Program-made: the position numbers and the translations under genes
From: Bacteroidota bacterium
GTDB lineage: Bacteria; Bacteroidota; Bacteroidia; Flavobacteriales_D; Sanyastnellaceae
Direction: 5' to 3'
DNA: 64,000 nucleotides
Assembly: GCA_036339415.1 (NCBI GenBank)
Contig: JAYZBB010000046.1
Span: 2,937-66,936, forward strand
Shown here: positions 45,472 through 56,577 of the stretch, in pieces
Layout of the letters: every line of letters starts with the position of its first letter
Numbering within the stretch: the stretch's first letter is position 1
Notes under the pieces: model-generated
What the model saw: only the letters and a program-made list of their open reading frames with translations
Databases searched by the model: none
What the model was told of the DNA's origin: nothing

Positions 45472-46650
45472 TCATGCCAATTTTTGAAATGTGCGCCACC
45501 AACGGTCGGGCAACGACCCTTCAGAAGCTTCAATGTATTCATCATGTGTGCACGGCACGAGAAGGCTCTCGCGCTGTTCGCCATGGGAGGGATCGGTGTT
45601 GGGCATGGGCACATCCATCCACCAACGATCACTCTTGGGGCTCTTGAAAAATGCGATTTCCTGCTGTTCGCCGGGCAGATCAACCACGTAGCGCAAATAA
45701 TCGTCGACACTGCATTTGGGGTGGTCACCTTTTTGGTTGTAGATGCCGTCCAACACATGCCAAACTCCTTGTGCCACGAGGTGGCCACCTCGGCCACGGT
45801 CGTCGAGGTCAGGGTTGTGTTCGAAGAAACCAGTGGCAAGCAGCCGGTCGCTCATGCCGATGTATCGGGCAAGTTGACAAAAATGCTCTGCCGTCATGCC
45901 GTTGGGGCTGGCATGGGAAGAGGCAGGATGGTCGGAAGCGCGGATGGAGGCCACGTCCAACGTGACGAGATCTGCATTGCGAACCACAGGTTCAATGTGC
46001 TGGATGTTCTGGAGGATGCTGCCCAGTCGAATGGCTTCAAATTGCAAACGCTCGAGGAGCTCGAGTGTGTCAGGATCCGTCATGTAGCCTTGGTGACCGA
46101 TGTTGGCGTAGTCGAAGAGGTAGTTGGGTTCGTGCATCACCACCGTGTTCATGTGGTTGCGGGCGCTGACAATGCTGGGGTCGCCACCAAAGTCGAGCCT
46201 CGGATCGACTGTCACGAGGTTCATGGGCCTTCCGACCGATTCCAGCGCCGCGTACATCGGAATGGTCAAATCATGCCCGCCCCCGAGCACGATGGGAATG
46301 ATGCCCATTTGCACCAACTCGGCCACGACTGATTGCACGGCGGCATAGGTGTCCTCTTCCGATGCTCCGGCGCGGATGTCGCCCAAATCCACGGTAGGTT
46401 GCCAACCCGCAGGTGGAACCAGCTGGTACAGCCAGTGTCGGATGGCATCGGCAGCTCCTGCGCAACCTTCATTGTCTCCCGACCTTCGGCCGTCATTCAC
46501 GCCAAACACGGCCACGCGCGCTCCTTCCAGCATGGGACGGGCGTCGAAGCGATGAGCTTCGATGCGGTCGGCGATTCTGGCCACGCCCTCTGCGTTGGAG
46601 AACTCTGGGGCATTCACCGGTTCGAACAAATCGAGAAATCCGTCGAGCAT
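45472..46650 (-). CDS. Arginase/ureohydrolase family protein (formimidoylglutamase-like)
   Basis: Ureohydrolase-like GGGHD motif (IVLGGGHDLTIP) and downstream Asp-rich segments. The start was trimmed to ATG 46650. Confidence 0.7.
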   Translation of the reverse strand: MLDGFLDLFEPVNAPEFSNAEGVARIADRIEAHRFDARPMLEGARVAVFGVNDGRRSGDNEGCAGAADAIRHWLYQLVPPAGWQPTVDLGDIRAGASEEDTYAAVQSVVAELVQMGIIPIVLGGGHDLTIPMYAALESVGRPMNLVTVDPRLDFGGDPSIVSARNHMNTVVMHEPNYLFDYANIGHQGYMTDPDTLELLERLQFEAIRLGSILQNIQHIEPVVRNADLVTLDVASIRASDHPASSHASPNGMTAEHFCQLARYIGMSDRLLATGFFEHNPDLDDRGRGGHLVAQGVWHVLDGIYNQKGDHPKCSVDDYLRYVVDLPGEQQEIAFFKSPKSDRWWMDVPMPNTDPSHGEQRESLLVPCTHDEYIEASEGSLPDRWWRTFQKLA

Positions 46651-46787
46651 ATGCAGCGATTTAGAGAGGCTTTCGGGCCTTGAGGCTGCAAGGTCGCGGG
46701 CGCAACGCCGACTTGAACACGGGCGCACAATCAAGCATTCACACTGAATTGTGTACGCTTGATCTAATCATCCTGAAAATCAATTCA

Positions 46788-49106
46788 TTAAGACTTCTTT
46801 CGACGCCCTCTCTTGGGACGGTTTTTCGCCTCTTCAATGAGCTCTTGAACCCGCGCCCACGTCAAGTCCTCTGGTTTTTCGTCTTTCGGAATCTTTGCAT
46901 TTTTGCGGCCAGCCTTGATGTAAGGACCATAACGGCCGTTCAACACCCGCACTGAATCGTCTTCTTCAAACACCTTGATGAGGGCCTTGGCATCGGCCTC
47001 GAGTTTGGCTTTGATCAGTTCCAAGGCACGTTCGAGCGTAACGGTGTATGGGTCGTCACCATCATCGGCTTTGAGGGAGACAAATTTGCCATCGAACCGC
47101 ACGTAGGGCCCAAACCGTCCAATGGCCGCAGTCACTTTCTTCCCTTCGTGCTCACCCAAGGTGCGAGGGAGCTTGAAAAGATCCAGGGCATCTTCGAGCG
47201 TCAGCGTTTCGATCGATTGACCGGGCAGAAGTGAGGCGTATTGTTTCTCCTCGTCGTCTGGTCCGCCGATTTGGGCCATTGGGCCGTAGCGACCGATGCG
47301 GCACAAGATTTGGGCGCCTGATTCAGGATGCACACCCAAGATGCGTTCGCCAGAAGCCCGCTCGGCATGCTCCATGGTCGTGTCCACTGTCTCTTTGAAT
47401 GGGGCGTAGAACCGCTTGAGCATGGCCCTCCAGTCCAGTTGGCCACGGGCAATCACGTCAAATTCTCCTTCGACATCGGCCGTGAAGTTGTAGTCGAGGA
47501 TGTTTCGGAAGTGCTCCAACAGAAAGTCGTTGACCACCAAGCCAATGTCAGTGGGGAACAGTTTTCCCCGTTCTTGACCGGCATTTTCTGTCGCAGTCTC
47601 GGCAGTGACTGTTGGACCAGCCAACGTGAGCACCCGGTAGTGTCGAGGTGTTCCGTCACGGTCTTCTTTCACGACGTAGCCCCGCTTCTGCATCACATCG
47701 ATGGTGGATGCGTAGGTTGAGGGTCTGCCAATTCCGAGTTCTTCCAAGCGCTTCACCAAGCTTGCCTCCGTGTAGCGGGGTGGGTGTTTGCTGAAACGTT
47801 CGGTGGCCACAATTGAGTCGCGAGACATGGACTGGCCTTCTGTCATTGCCGGCAACATGTCTTTCGTCGTTTCGTCGGGGGCTTCGTCGTCGTCGGTGCC
47901 CTCCAGGTAAAGCTTCAAAAACCCTTCAAAAGTGATGACCTCTCCGCGTGCGACGAACATTTCTTCCCGGCCCGACACTGAAATTTTTGCCACTGTTTTG
48001 TCCAACCTGGCGTCCGCCATTTGTGAGGCAAGCGTCCGCTTGTAAATCAATTCATAGAGTCGCTGTTCCTCGCGAGAAGCGTCGATGGTCGACGCGGAAA
48101 GGTCCGTAGGGCGAATGGCCTCGTGTGCTTCTTGCGCACCCTTGCTTTTCGAAGCGTAGGTTCGTTTGAAGACGTATTCAGAACCAAACGTCTTTCCGAT
48201 TTCTTTCTCTGCGGCCTCCAATGCAACGTCACTCAAGTTGGTGGAATCCGTTCGCATGTAGGTGATCCGGCCTGCCTCATACAGGCGTTGAGCAACGCCC
48301 ATGGTGCGTGAAACGCTGAAGCTCAGCTTTCTTGATGCCTCCTGTTGTAAGGTGGATGTGGTGAATGGTGCCGCGGGCTTTTTGGTCGAGGGTTTGGTTT
48401 CAATGGACGTCACCTCATGCGTGGCGTTGGTGCATGCCTCGAGGAAATGTTGAGCATCCGATTCAGATGAAAAGGTCTTGCTGCAAGAAGCCTTGACCAT
48501 GGCCTTGCCAGTGTTGAAATGGCCGACCACACGAAAGGCTGATTTGGCCGTGTGTCCGTCAATCTCACGCTCCCTGTCTACGATGATGCGCACCCCCACA
48601 CTTTGAACACGTCCTGCACTCAAAGAGGGACGGATTTTGCGCCAGAGGACTGGGCTCAATTCAAATCCAACGAGTCGGTCAAGGATGCGACGTGCTTGTT
48701 GGGCATTGACGAGATCCGCATCCACGGTCCGAGGCGATTTGATGGCCTTCAAGATGGCGGGCTTGGTGATTTCTGAGAACACGATGCGTTTGGTCTGCGC
48801 AGGCTTCAAATTGAGCGCCTCCATCAAATGCCAACTGATGGCTTCACCTTCTCTGTCTTCATCCGTCGCAAGCCATACCATCTCAGCCTTTTTTGCCAGC
48901 CCTTTGAGCTCTGTCACCACCTTTTTTGAGGAAGGGCTCACTTCATATTTGGGGGCAAAATCGTTGTCAATGTCAACGCTGTCATTGCCTTTGGCAAGGT
49001 CGCGGATGTGTCCCATCGAAGACTTCACAACGAAGTCTTTTCCGAGGTAACCTTCGATGGTTTTCGCCTTGGCAGGCGACTCAACAATGACAAGATTCTT
49101 GGCCAT
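46788..49106 (-). CDS. topA: DNA topoisomerase I
   Basis: TOPRIM N-terminus (LVIVESPAKAKTI, ATDEDREGEAISWH) and the active-site region (ITYMRTDST). Confidence 0.96.
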   Translation of the reverse strand: MAKNLVIVESPAKAKTIEGYLGKDFVVKSSMGHIRDLAKGNDSVDIDNDFAPKYEVSPSSKKVVTELKGLAKKAEMVWLATDEDREGEAISWHLMEALNLKPAQTKRIVFSEITKPAILKAIKSPRTVDADLVNAQQARRILDRLVGFELSPVLWRKIRPSLSAGRVQSVGVRIIVDREREIDGHTAKSAFRVVGHFNTGKAMVKASCSKTFSSESDAQHFLEACTNATHEVTSIETKPSTKKPAAPFTTSTLQQEASRKLSFSVSRTMGVAQRLYEAGRITYMRTDSTNLSDVALEAAEKEIGKTFGSEYVFKRTYASKSKGAQEAHEAIRPTDLSASTIDASREEQRLYELIYKRTLASQMADARLDKTVAKISVSGREEMFVARGEVITFEGFLKLYLEGTDDDEAPDETTKDMLPAMTEGQSMSRDSIVATERFSKHPPRYTEASLVKRLEELGIGRPSTYASTIDVMQKRGYVVKEDRDGTPRHYRVLTLAGPTVTAETATENAGQERGKLFPTDIGLVVNDFLLEHFRNILDYNFTADVEGEFDVIARGQLDWRAMLKRFYAPFKETVDTTMEHAERASGERILGVHPESGAQILCRIGRYGPMAQIGGPDDEEKQYASLLPGQSIETLTLEDALDLFKLPRTLGEHEGKKVTAAIGRFGPYVRFDGKFVSLKADDGDDPYTVTLERALELIKAKLEADAKALIKVFEEDDSVRVLNGRYGPYIKAGRKNAKIPKDEKPEDLTWARVQELIEEAKNRPKRGRRKKS

Positions 49107-49237
49107 GAGAAGAATGTTTGGGCGGGCAAATTAAAGACAACTATGGCACACAGAGGTTCGCCAACGACTTAGAAAACGCATCCATTGAGGGATACCCCTA
49201 AAGGGGTGACAATTTGTCAGTGTAGTACATTTGCATC

Positions 49238-50677
49238 ATGCGAGAAGGAGATCACGTCTTGGAGGAAGGCCGTCAGGGAGAAGCCACCGTTGTGGCTGGT
49301 CCTGGTTCTGGGGGGAGAAAGCTGTACTTGGAGAGCTACGGTTGTCAAATGAATTTCAGCGACAGTGAAATTGTGGCGAGCATCCTTGCCGATGCTGGTT
49401 ATCAAACCACGAGAGACGCGGACGATGCGGATTTGGTGCTGCTCAACACGTGCGCCATTCGAGACAATGCTGAGCAGCGCGTGCGGAACCGACTTGTGCA
49501 CTTCAAGGGGAACAAAGCAAAGAATCCAAGTTTGGTGGTTGGGGTGCTGGGCTGCATGGCCGAGCGGTTGCGAGACAAATTGCTAGAGGAAGAGAAGCTC
49601 GTCGACCTGGTTGTGGGGCCAGACGCCTACCGAGATTTGCCCAACCTCGTGGATCAAGTCGAGGGAGGCCAGAAAGCGGTTAACGTTTTGCTCTCACGGG
49701 AGGAGACCTACGCAGAAATCAGCCCCGTCCGACTCGACAAAGGCGGAGTGACGGCCTTCATCAGCATCATGAGAGGCTGCGACAACATGTGTTCCTTCTG
49801 TGTGGTGCCGTTCACCCGAGGCCGTGAGCGCAGCCGAGATCCGCAAAGCATTGTCAGAGAGGCGCAGGAATTGTTCGATGCGGGTTACAGAGAAGTGACG
49901 TTGTTGGGCCAAAACGTCGATTCGTACAAGTGGAACATCGACAACAAAGGTGTCGTGAAAGATGAGTCCCAGCCAGTGGTGCGCTTTGCTGAACTTCTGG
50001 AGATGGTGGCCGGGGTGAATCTCGACTTGAGAGTGCGGTTCAGCACCTCTCATCCCAAGGACATGACCGACGATGTGCTTCATGCCATGTCGCGACACGA
50101 CAACATTTGCAAGTACATCCATTTGCCTGTGCAGAGTGGCCACAGCGATGTGTTGAAGCGCATGAATCGCGGATACACACGAGAGTGGTACCTCGACCGA
50201 ATTGCGGCCATCCGTCGCATCATGCCGGGCTGTGCCATCAGCACAGACGTCATCACGGGGTTTTGCGGCGAAACGCAAGAGGAGCATGAGGCGACCCTAA
50301 GCTTGATGGACGAAGTCCGATACGACATGGCGTTCATGTTCAAGTACAGCGAACGTCCCAAAACCCTTGCTGAGCGAAAGTTCGAGGACGATGTCCCAGA
50401 GGATGTTAAGGGCGCACGCCTCCAAGAGGTGATCGCGCGTCAGATGGTGCACGGCAAGGAGCGCACGCAATCCCTTGTTGGGCAGGTGCACCGTGTGTTG
50501 ATTGAAGGCACCAGCAAGAAGAGGGACGACCAGTTCTTTGGCCGCACGACACACAACACTGTGGTGGTCTTTCCCAAGGGGGATTTGCAGCCAGGACAAT
50601 ATGTGAACGTGAAGACGTTCGATTGCACGCCCGTCACCTTGATGGGGGAAGTCACTGACGAACCCGCTGTCCTCTGA
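49238..50677 (+). CDS. miaB: tRNA-2-methylthio-N6-dimethylallyladenosine synthase
   Basis: [14 protein letters not shown]0004 motif, radical-SAM [11 protein letters not shown] cluster, and a C-terminal TRAM domain. Confidence 0.94.
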   Translation: MREGDHVLEEGRQGEATVVAGPGSGGRKLYLESYGCQMNFSDSEIVASILADAGYQTTRDADDADLVLLNTCAIRDNAEQRVRNRLVHFKGNKAKNPSLVVGVLGCMAERLRDKLLEEEKLVDLVVGPDAYRDLPNLVDQVEGGQKAVNVLLSREETYAEISPVRLDKGGVTAFISIMRGCDNMCSFCVVPFTRGRERSRDPQSIVREAQELFDAGYREVTLLGQNVDSYKWNIDNKGVVKDESQPVVRFAELLEMVAGVNLDLRVRFSTSHPKDMTDDVLHAMSRHDNICKYIHLPVQSGHSDVLKRMNRGYTREWYLDRIAAIRRIMPGCAISTDVITGFCGETQEEHEATLSLMDEVRYDMAFMFKYSERPKTLAERKFEDDVPEDVKGARLQEVIARQMVHGKERTQSLVGQVHRVLIEGTSKKRDDQFFGRTTHNTVVVFPKGDLQPGQYVNVKTFDCTPVTLMGEVTDEPAVL

Positions 50678-50679
50678 CC

Positions 50680-51921
50680 ATGGATGTTGTTCCATTGAAG
50701 CGACGGTTTGGAGTCGTCGGCAATGCGCCGGCACTCGACCGTGCCCTTTCGGTGGCCTCACAGGTCGCGACCACCGACATCAGTGTTTTGGTGTTGGGAG
50801 AAAGTGGCACGGGAAAGGAAATCATGCCTCGGATTGTGCACCAATTCAGTGCGAGAAAGCACGGACCCTATGTTGCCGTCAACTGTGGTGCGATTCCAGA
50901 GGGAACCATCGACTCAGAGCTCTTTGGACACGAGAAAGGGGCGTTCACTGGCGCCACGGAAACGAGAAAAGGATACTTTGAGGAGGCGAATGGCGGCACC
51001 ATTTTTTTGGATGAAGTGGCAGAGTTGCCTCTCACCACACAAGTCCGACTGTTGCGCGTTTTGGAAACGGGTGAATTCATGAAAGTGGGGTCATCGAAAG
51101 TCCAAAAAACAGACGTCCGCGTCGTGGCAGCAACCAACGTCGATTTCGACGACGCCATTCTCCGAGGTCGTTTTCGTGAAGATCTGTACTATCGATTGAG
51201 TCAGGTGCCCATTCAGCTTCCGCCATTGCGTCAAAGAGCCGGAGATGTGCATTTGTTGTTTCGCAAGTTCACCACGGACTTCAGCGAGCAATACCGAATG
51301 CCCCCTTTGAGCTTGGACGACGAAGCGATTGAAATGCTTGAACACTACCCTTGGCCGGGAAACATCAGGCAGTTGAAGAACGTGACTGAGCAAATGAGCA
51401 TTCTTGAGACCCAACGTCGCATCGATGCAGACACCTTGCTAGGGTACCTGCCCGAGACCCACCGCAGCAGGTTGCCGAGTGCCACTCAATCCCAAACTGG
51501 GGAGGGCATGGATGAACGAGAAATCCTGTACAAAGTGTTGTTCGACATGAAGGGCGATCTCAATGACCTCAAACAGTTGGTCATGTCCTTGATCAAGCAC
51601 GGAGGACTGCAGGGGGGGGATGAAGAGGCGGCCTTGGTGCAACGGGTGTTCCAAGAAGACGTTGGCACGGCAGATGTCCAACGTGCCCTTGCTGCGTTGC
51701 CACAATTTGCAGGGCCTGACACTGCGTCGAGTTCATCGGCCATGCAAGACGTCGATCATCAGCCCGCGGACGAAGTGGTTTTGTCGCTCCAAGACTCAGA
51801 AAAAGAAATGATCCGACGTGCGCTTGAAAAGCACAGAAACAAGCGCAAACACGCTGCCGAAGAGTTGGGCATTTCAGAGCGCACACTTTATCGCAAAATC
51901 AAGGAATACGACCTCAAATGA
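50680..51921 (+). CDS. Sigma-54-dependent transcriptional activator (bEBP) without an N-terminal sensory or receiver domain
   Basis: The AAA+ core starts within ~30 aa of the N-terminus (GESGTGKE Walker A, GAFTGA loop as EKGAFTGA, GGTIFLDE Walker B). A C-terminal Fis-type HTH is present (AAEELGISERTLYRKIKEY). Confidence 0.92.
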   Translation: MDVVPLKRRFGVVGNAPALDRALSVASQVATTDISVLVLGESGTGKEIMPRIVHQFSARKHGPYVAVNCGAIPEGTIDSELFGHEKGAFTGATETRKGYFEEANGGTIFLDEVAELPLTTQVRLLRVLETGEFMKVGSSKVQKTDVRVVAATNVDFDDAILRGRFREDLYYRLSQVPIQLPPLRQRAGDVHLLFRKFTTDFSEQYRMPPLSLDDEAIEMLEHYPWPGNIRQLKNVTEQMSILETQRRIDADTLLGYLPETHRSRLPSATQSQTGEGMDEREILYKVLFDMKGDLNDLKQLVMSLIKHGGLQGGDEEAALVQRVFQEDVGTADVQRALAALPQFAGPDTASSSSAMQDVDHQPADEVVLSLQDSEKEMIRRALEKHRNKRKHAAEELGISERTLYRKIKEYDLK

Positions 51922-52412
51922 CACGCTGGCTTGTCTTGATTTCACTGTTGGTCGCAGTTGCCCTGGGCTGTGGGGTGTATTCGCCTTACGGCGCCCAGAC
52001 CTCTGGCGCATCGACATTCAGCGTGAAGGATTTTGAGCCGGCCCATCCACTTGTGTCCACCAACACAGCCCAAGCATTGTCTGAGGCCCTCCGCGATCGG
52101 GTGCAACGCCAAAGCACCCTTCGCCTGGTGGAGGACGGTGACTTGTCGTTCAGTGCACGTGTGGTGGGTTGGGAGGTTCGTCCCATCAATGTGCAAGGTG
52201 ATGAAACGGCAGGGGCCAATCGAATCACGGTCAACGTCGTGCTGAACTACACCAACGCATTGGATGGGTCTTTGAGTGCCGAGCGCACCTTCAGCCGCTA
52301 TGTCGATTTGCCCAGTGACCAGGACGTATTCACCCAAGAGGAGGTCATTGTGGAAGAGTTGGGAGATTTGTTGTCGCAAGACATGTTCAATGCCACTCTC
52401 GGAAATTGGTGA
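51918..52412 (+). CDS. lptE: LptE-family lipoprotein (probable)
   Basis: Lipobox (VAVALGCG), a size of ~160 aa, and the Flavobacteriia-type context bEBP-lptE-TPR-like-secG. The ATGA overlaps the activator stop. Confidence 0.65.
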   Translation: MTRWLVLISLLVAVALGCGVYSPYGAQTSGASTFSVKDFEPAHPLVSTNTAQALSEALRDRVQRQSTLRLVEDGDLSFSARVVGWEVRPINVQGDETAGANRITVNVVLNYTNALDGSLSAERTFSRYVDLPSDQDVFTQEEVIVEELGDLLSQDMFNATLGNW

Positions 52413-52414
52413 TC

Positions 52415-53356
52415 ATGAATCCGGATCAATTGCAGAAGTGGTTGGAGCATGGTCCCAAACCAGAGGACCTCGAGGCGTTGAGAAACGTCGTCGCCAAATA
52501 CCCGTACGCTGCCCCCCTTCACATGATGCTTGCCAAAGTTTCGGAACAAGTTTCTGACCTTGACCGTCGAGAGGACTTGCTCCGCGCCGGAGCCCATGTT
52601 TCATCTCGCAGGGCATTGTTTGCCTACATGATGGGCCCCTCGCTGCTGGCAGAGGCTCGTGCCGTTCACAACGACATTGTCGCGGCGGAGGAAGTGACGG
52701 AAGAAGCCTTGGTGAAGATGGTCTGGCATGCCAAAAGTGAAGAAGCGCAGACGCAACCCAATGCAGAACCCGGCGCAGGGGAACATTCCGACACCGCCGA
52801 CGCCCAAGACCCTCCTCCCAAAGAGGAGGCTGGTCATCGAGAGGCCATGGTGGCTGCCATTGCATCAGTCATTGAGCAGGATGTCCAGAGTTGGATCGAC
52901 GACCCGCAAGAAGCCAGTGAAGCCAGAGCAGCTGAGGAACATCCTTTGGTCGACGCACCGTCAAACAACAAGGGTCATGGAGTGACGATGGTGCCTGTCG
53001 ATGGAAGTGCACAGCCCCTAACCTTGTTTGGGCAGTGGTTGCAGCAACGTGCGAAGGAAACGGGGTTTGGACAGCCTGAACTCGTGGAACGGGGTGCTGC
53101 TGCACTGATTGATGCGTTTTTGGCCAAGGGGGACGTTCGGATTGGTCCAGTGCGAGAGAGCCATGAATCCACCGAAGAATGGGCCAAGCAGAGTTTGGTG
53201 GAAGATGCGAGTTTGGTGACGGAAACGATGGCCATGCTCTACGCCCAGCAAGGTCAAATGGGCCGTGCAAGAAAAGCTTACAAGCTTCTCGCTTTGAAAT
53301 ACCCGGAAAAAAGTGTTTATTTTGCGGCCCAGCTGAAAAAGCTGCGTAACACTTGA
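52415..53356 (+). CDS. Hypothetical protein with an acidic low-complexity centre and a TPR-like C-terminal helix pair
   Basis: 313-codon ORF. The C-terminus (TMAMLYAQQGQMGRARKAYKLLALKYPEKSVYFAAQLKKL) resembles a single TPR motif. I recognise no catalytic motifs. Confidence 0.6.
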   Translation: MNPDQLQKWLEHGPKPEDLEALRNVVAKYPYAAPLHMMLAKVSEQVSDLDRREDLLRAGAHVSSRRALFAYMMGPSLLAEARAVHNDIVAAEEVTEEALVKMVWHAKSEEAQTQPNAEPGAGEHSDTADAQDPPPKEEAGHREAMVAAIASVIEQDVQSWIDDPQEASEARAAEEHPLVDAPSNNKGHGVTMVPVDGSAQPLTLFGQWLQQRAKETGFGQPELVERGAAALIDAFLAKGDVRIGPVRESHESTEEWAKQSLVEDASLVTETMAMLYAQQGQMGRARKAYKLLALKYPEKSVYFAAQLKKLRNT

Positions 53357-53366
53357 ACAACTGAAC

Positions 53367-53654
53367 ATGATCACCTTTCTGACCGTCGTCATCTTGATTG
53401 TCTGCTTCCTGTTGGGCGCAGTCATTTTGGTCCAAAACCCCAAGGGGGGTGGACTTGCCACAGGTTTCCAAGGGGCCAGCCAAATCGGCGGAGTCCAACG
53501 CACCACCAACTTCCTTGAAAAGGCAACATGGTATTTGGCCGTGGTTTTGTTCGTCTTGTGCATTGTGGTCGGGAGTTTCGCCGGCAACGGCTCACTCGAT
53601 GTGGGTGTGGACGAGAGCTTTGCGCCCACCGCGCCCATCGAAGCAGCGCAATAA
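53367..53654 (+). CDS. secG: Preprotein translocase subunit SecG
   Basis: Two transmembrane segments flanking the LVQNPKGGGL motif, 95 aa. Confidence 0.9.
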   Translation: MITFLTVVILIVCFLLGAVILVQNPKGGGLATGFQGASQIGGVQRTTNFLEKATWYLAVVLFVLCIVVGSFAGNGSLDVGVDESFAPTAPIEAAQ

Positions 53655-53673
53655 GGAATTGAAAGCGTTCCAT

Positions 53674-53718
53674 CACGACACCCTGTCAGCCACGCTGACA
53701 GGGTGTCGTGGTTTTGTT
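53674..53718 (+). terminator. Rho-independent terminator after secG
   Basis: Perfect 16-bp stem CACGACACCCTGTCAG / CTGACAGGGTGTCGTG with a 5-nt loop, followed by GTTTTGTT. Confidence 0.88.
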
Positions 53719-53833
53719 CAAAACATGACAGCCCTGTCAGCCTTGGCTGCATCCAACGCGTTTGGCACGGAAATCGCCTACTCGGAGTCGTGCCCGAAGC
53801 ACAATCAACGAAAACACAACAACTGCAACAATC

Positions 53834-54109
53834 ATGTCTGTCAACATTCGACCTCTGGCTGACCGCGTTCTGGTAGAACCCGCAGCCGCCGAGCAGACCA
53901 CAGCAAGTGGCATCATCATCCCAGATTCAGCCAAAGAAAAGCCTCAGAAAGGCACCGTCGTGGCCGTGGGGCCTGGCAAGAAGGACGAACCCACCACAGT
54001 GAGTGTGGGGGACACCGTTTTGTATGGCAAGTACTCTGGCACTGAACTCCAGCACGATGGAACCGATTACATGATCATGCGTGAATCGGACATCCTTGCG
54101 ATTCTCTGA
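53834..54109 (+). CDS. groES: Co-chaperonin GroES
   Basis: [12 protein letters not shown]...[25 protein letters not shown]... The start was trimmed to ATG 53834. Confidence 0.96.
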   Translation: MSVNIRPLADRVLVEPAAAEQTTASGIIIPDSAKEKPQKGTVVAVGPGKKDEPTTVSVGDTVLYGKYSGTELQHDGTDYMIMRESDILAIL

Positions 54110-54129
54110 TTTCAATTCAACCAAACTGA

Positions 54130-55779
<1,650 letters not shown>

Positions 55780-55811
55780 CTCGTCTGGATCCAGAACATC
55801 CAATCCAAGAA

Positions 55812-55841
55812 ACCGCACCCATCAAGGGTGCGGTTTTTTTT
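55812..55841 (+). terminator. Rho-independent terminator after groEL
   Basis: ACCGCACCC-ATCAA-GGGTGCGGT followed by a T7 tract (55835-55841). Confidence 0.88.
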
Positions 55842-55875
55842 GTGGTGGACAACGGTCAGTGGGTACCTTCGCAAC

Positions 55876-56577
55876 ATGTCCATCTGCGTAGAATCCGTCG
55901 AAAAAACATTTGGCACCCAACGCGCGCTCAAGGGCGTGAGCCTTCGATGTGAGCGCGGTGAAGTGGTTGGATTGCTCGGCCCAAATGGGGCGGGAAAGTC
56001 GACGCTGATGCGTTTGATCACGGGCTATTTGCCGGCGACTGCGGGACGTGTCGAAGTGTGTGGATTTGACGTGAGTGACGCGCCACTCGAGACCAAGAGA
56101 CGCGTTGGGTATTTGCCTGAGCACAATCCTGTACACGAGGACATGTATGTCAGGGAGTATTTGCGGTTTGTCTCAGGGGTCCATGGCGTGGCCAAGCGAT
56201 CCGAGCGCGTGGAAGAAGTGATTTCCGAAGTGGGGCTCTTGCCGGAGGTGCACAAACGCATCGGTGAACTTTCGAAGGGATATCGGCAGCGCGTGGGGTT
56301 GGCGCAGGCGTTGATCCACAATCCAGAAGTTCTCATCCTCGACGAACCCACCTCGGGTCTTGACCCCAATCAACTTGTGGACATTCGTTCGCTCATTCGT
56401 CGTTTGGGGCAAGACCGCACGGTCATTTTGTCCACCCACATCATGCAAGAAGTGGAAGCCATGTGCGACCGGGTGGTGTTGATTCGGTTGGGGGAGATTG
56501 TGGCTGACGCTCCTCTCAAAGAATTTGTGTCAGCAGAGGGAGGACTTGAGGCGCAGTTCAAAGCTTTGACCGCGTGA
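55876..56577 (+). CDS. ABC transporter ATP-binding protein, GldA-like, short form (233 aa)
   Basis: Walker A GPNGAGKST, LSKGYRQR signature, ILDEPTSGLD Walker B, and the GYLPEHNP...YVREYL pattern that I associate with GldA-type ATPases. No permease gene is adjacent. The start was trimmed to ATG 55876. Confidence 0.75.
   Translation: MSICVESVEKTFGTQRALKGVSLRCERGEVVGLLGPNGAGKSTLMRLITGYLPATAGRVEVCGFDVSDAPLETKRRVGYLPEHNPVHEDMYVREYLRFVSGVHGVAKRSERVEEVISEVGLLPEVHKRIGELSKGYRQRVGLAQALIHNPEVLILDEPTSGLDPNQLVDIRSLIRRLGQDRTVILSTHIMQEVEAMCDRVVLIRLGEIVADAPLKEFVSAEGGLEAQFKALTA

Noticed and set aside
45336-45839. 168-aa N-terminal extension of the PorP/SprF ORF, and similar extensions on ftsZ (8567-8722), ftsA (9894-10016), murC, murG, mazG-like and cysQ-like
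   Set aside because: The extensions are Pro/Arg/Ser/Thr-rich and overlap the upstream gene or structured RNA. They precede a canonical conserved N-terminus or signal peptide that begins at an internal ATG. Several of the listed 'M' starts are actually GTG or TTG.
53720-53833. CIRCE (HrcA) operator upstream of groES
   Set aside because: I saw no TTAGCACTC-N9-GAGTGCTAA-like element. The only inverted repeat (GGCACG ... CGTGCC) has a 19-nt spacer and different half-sites.
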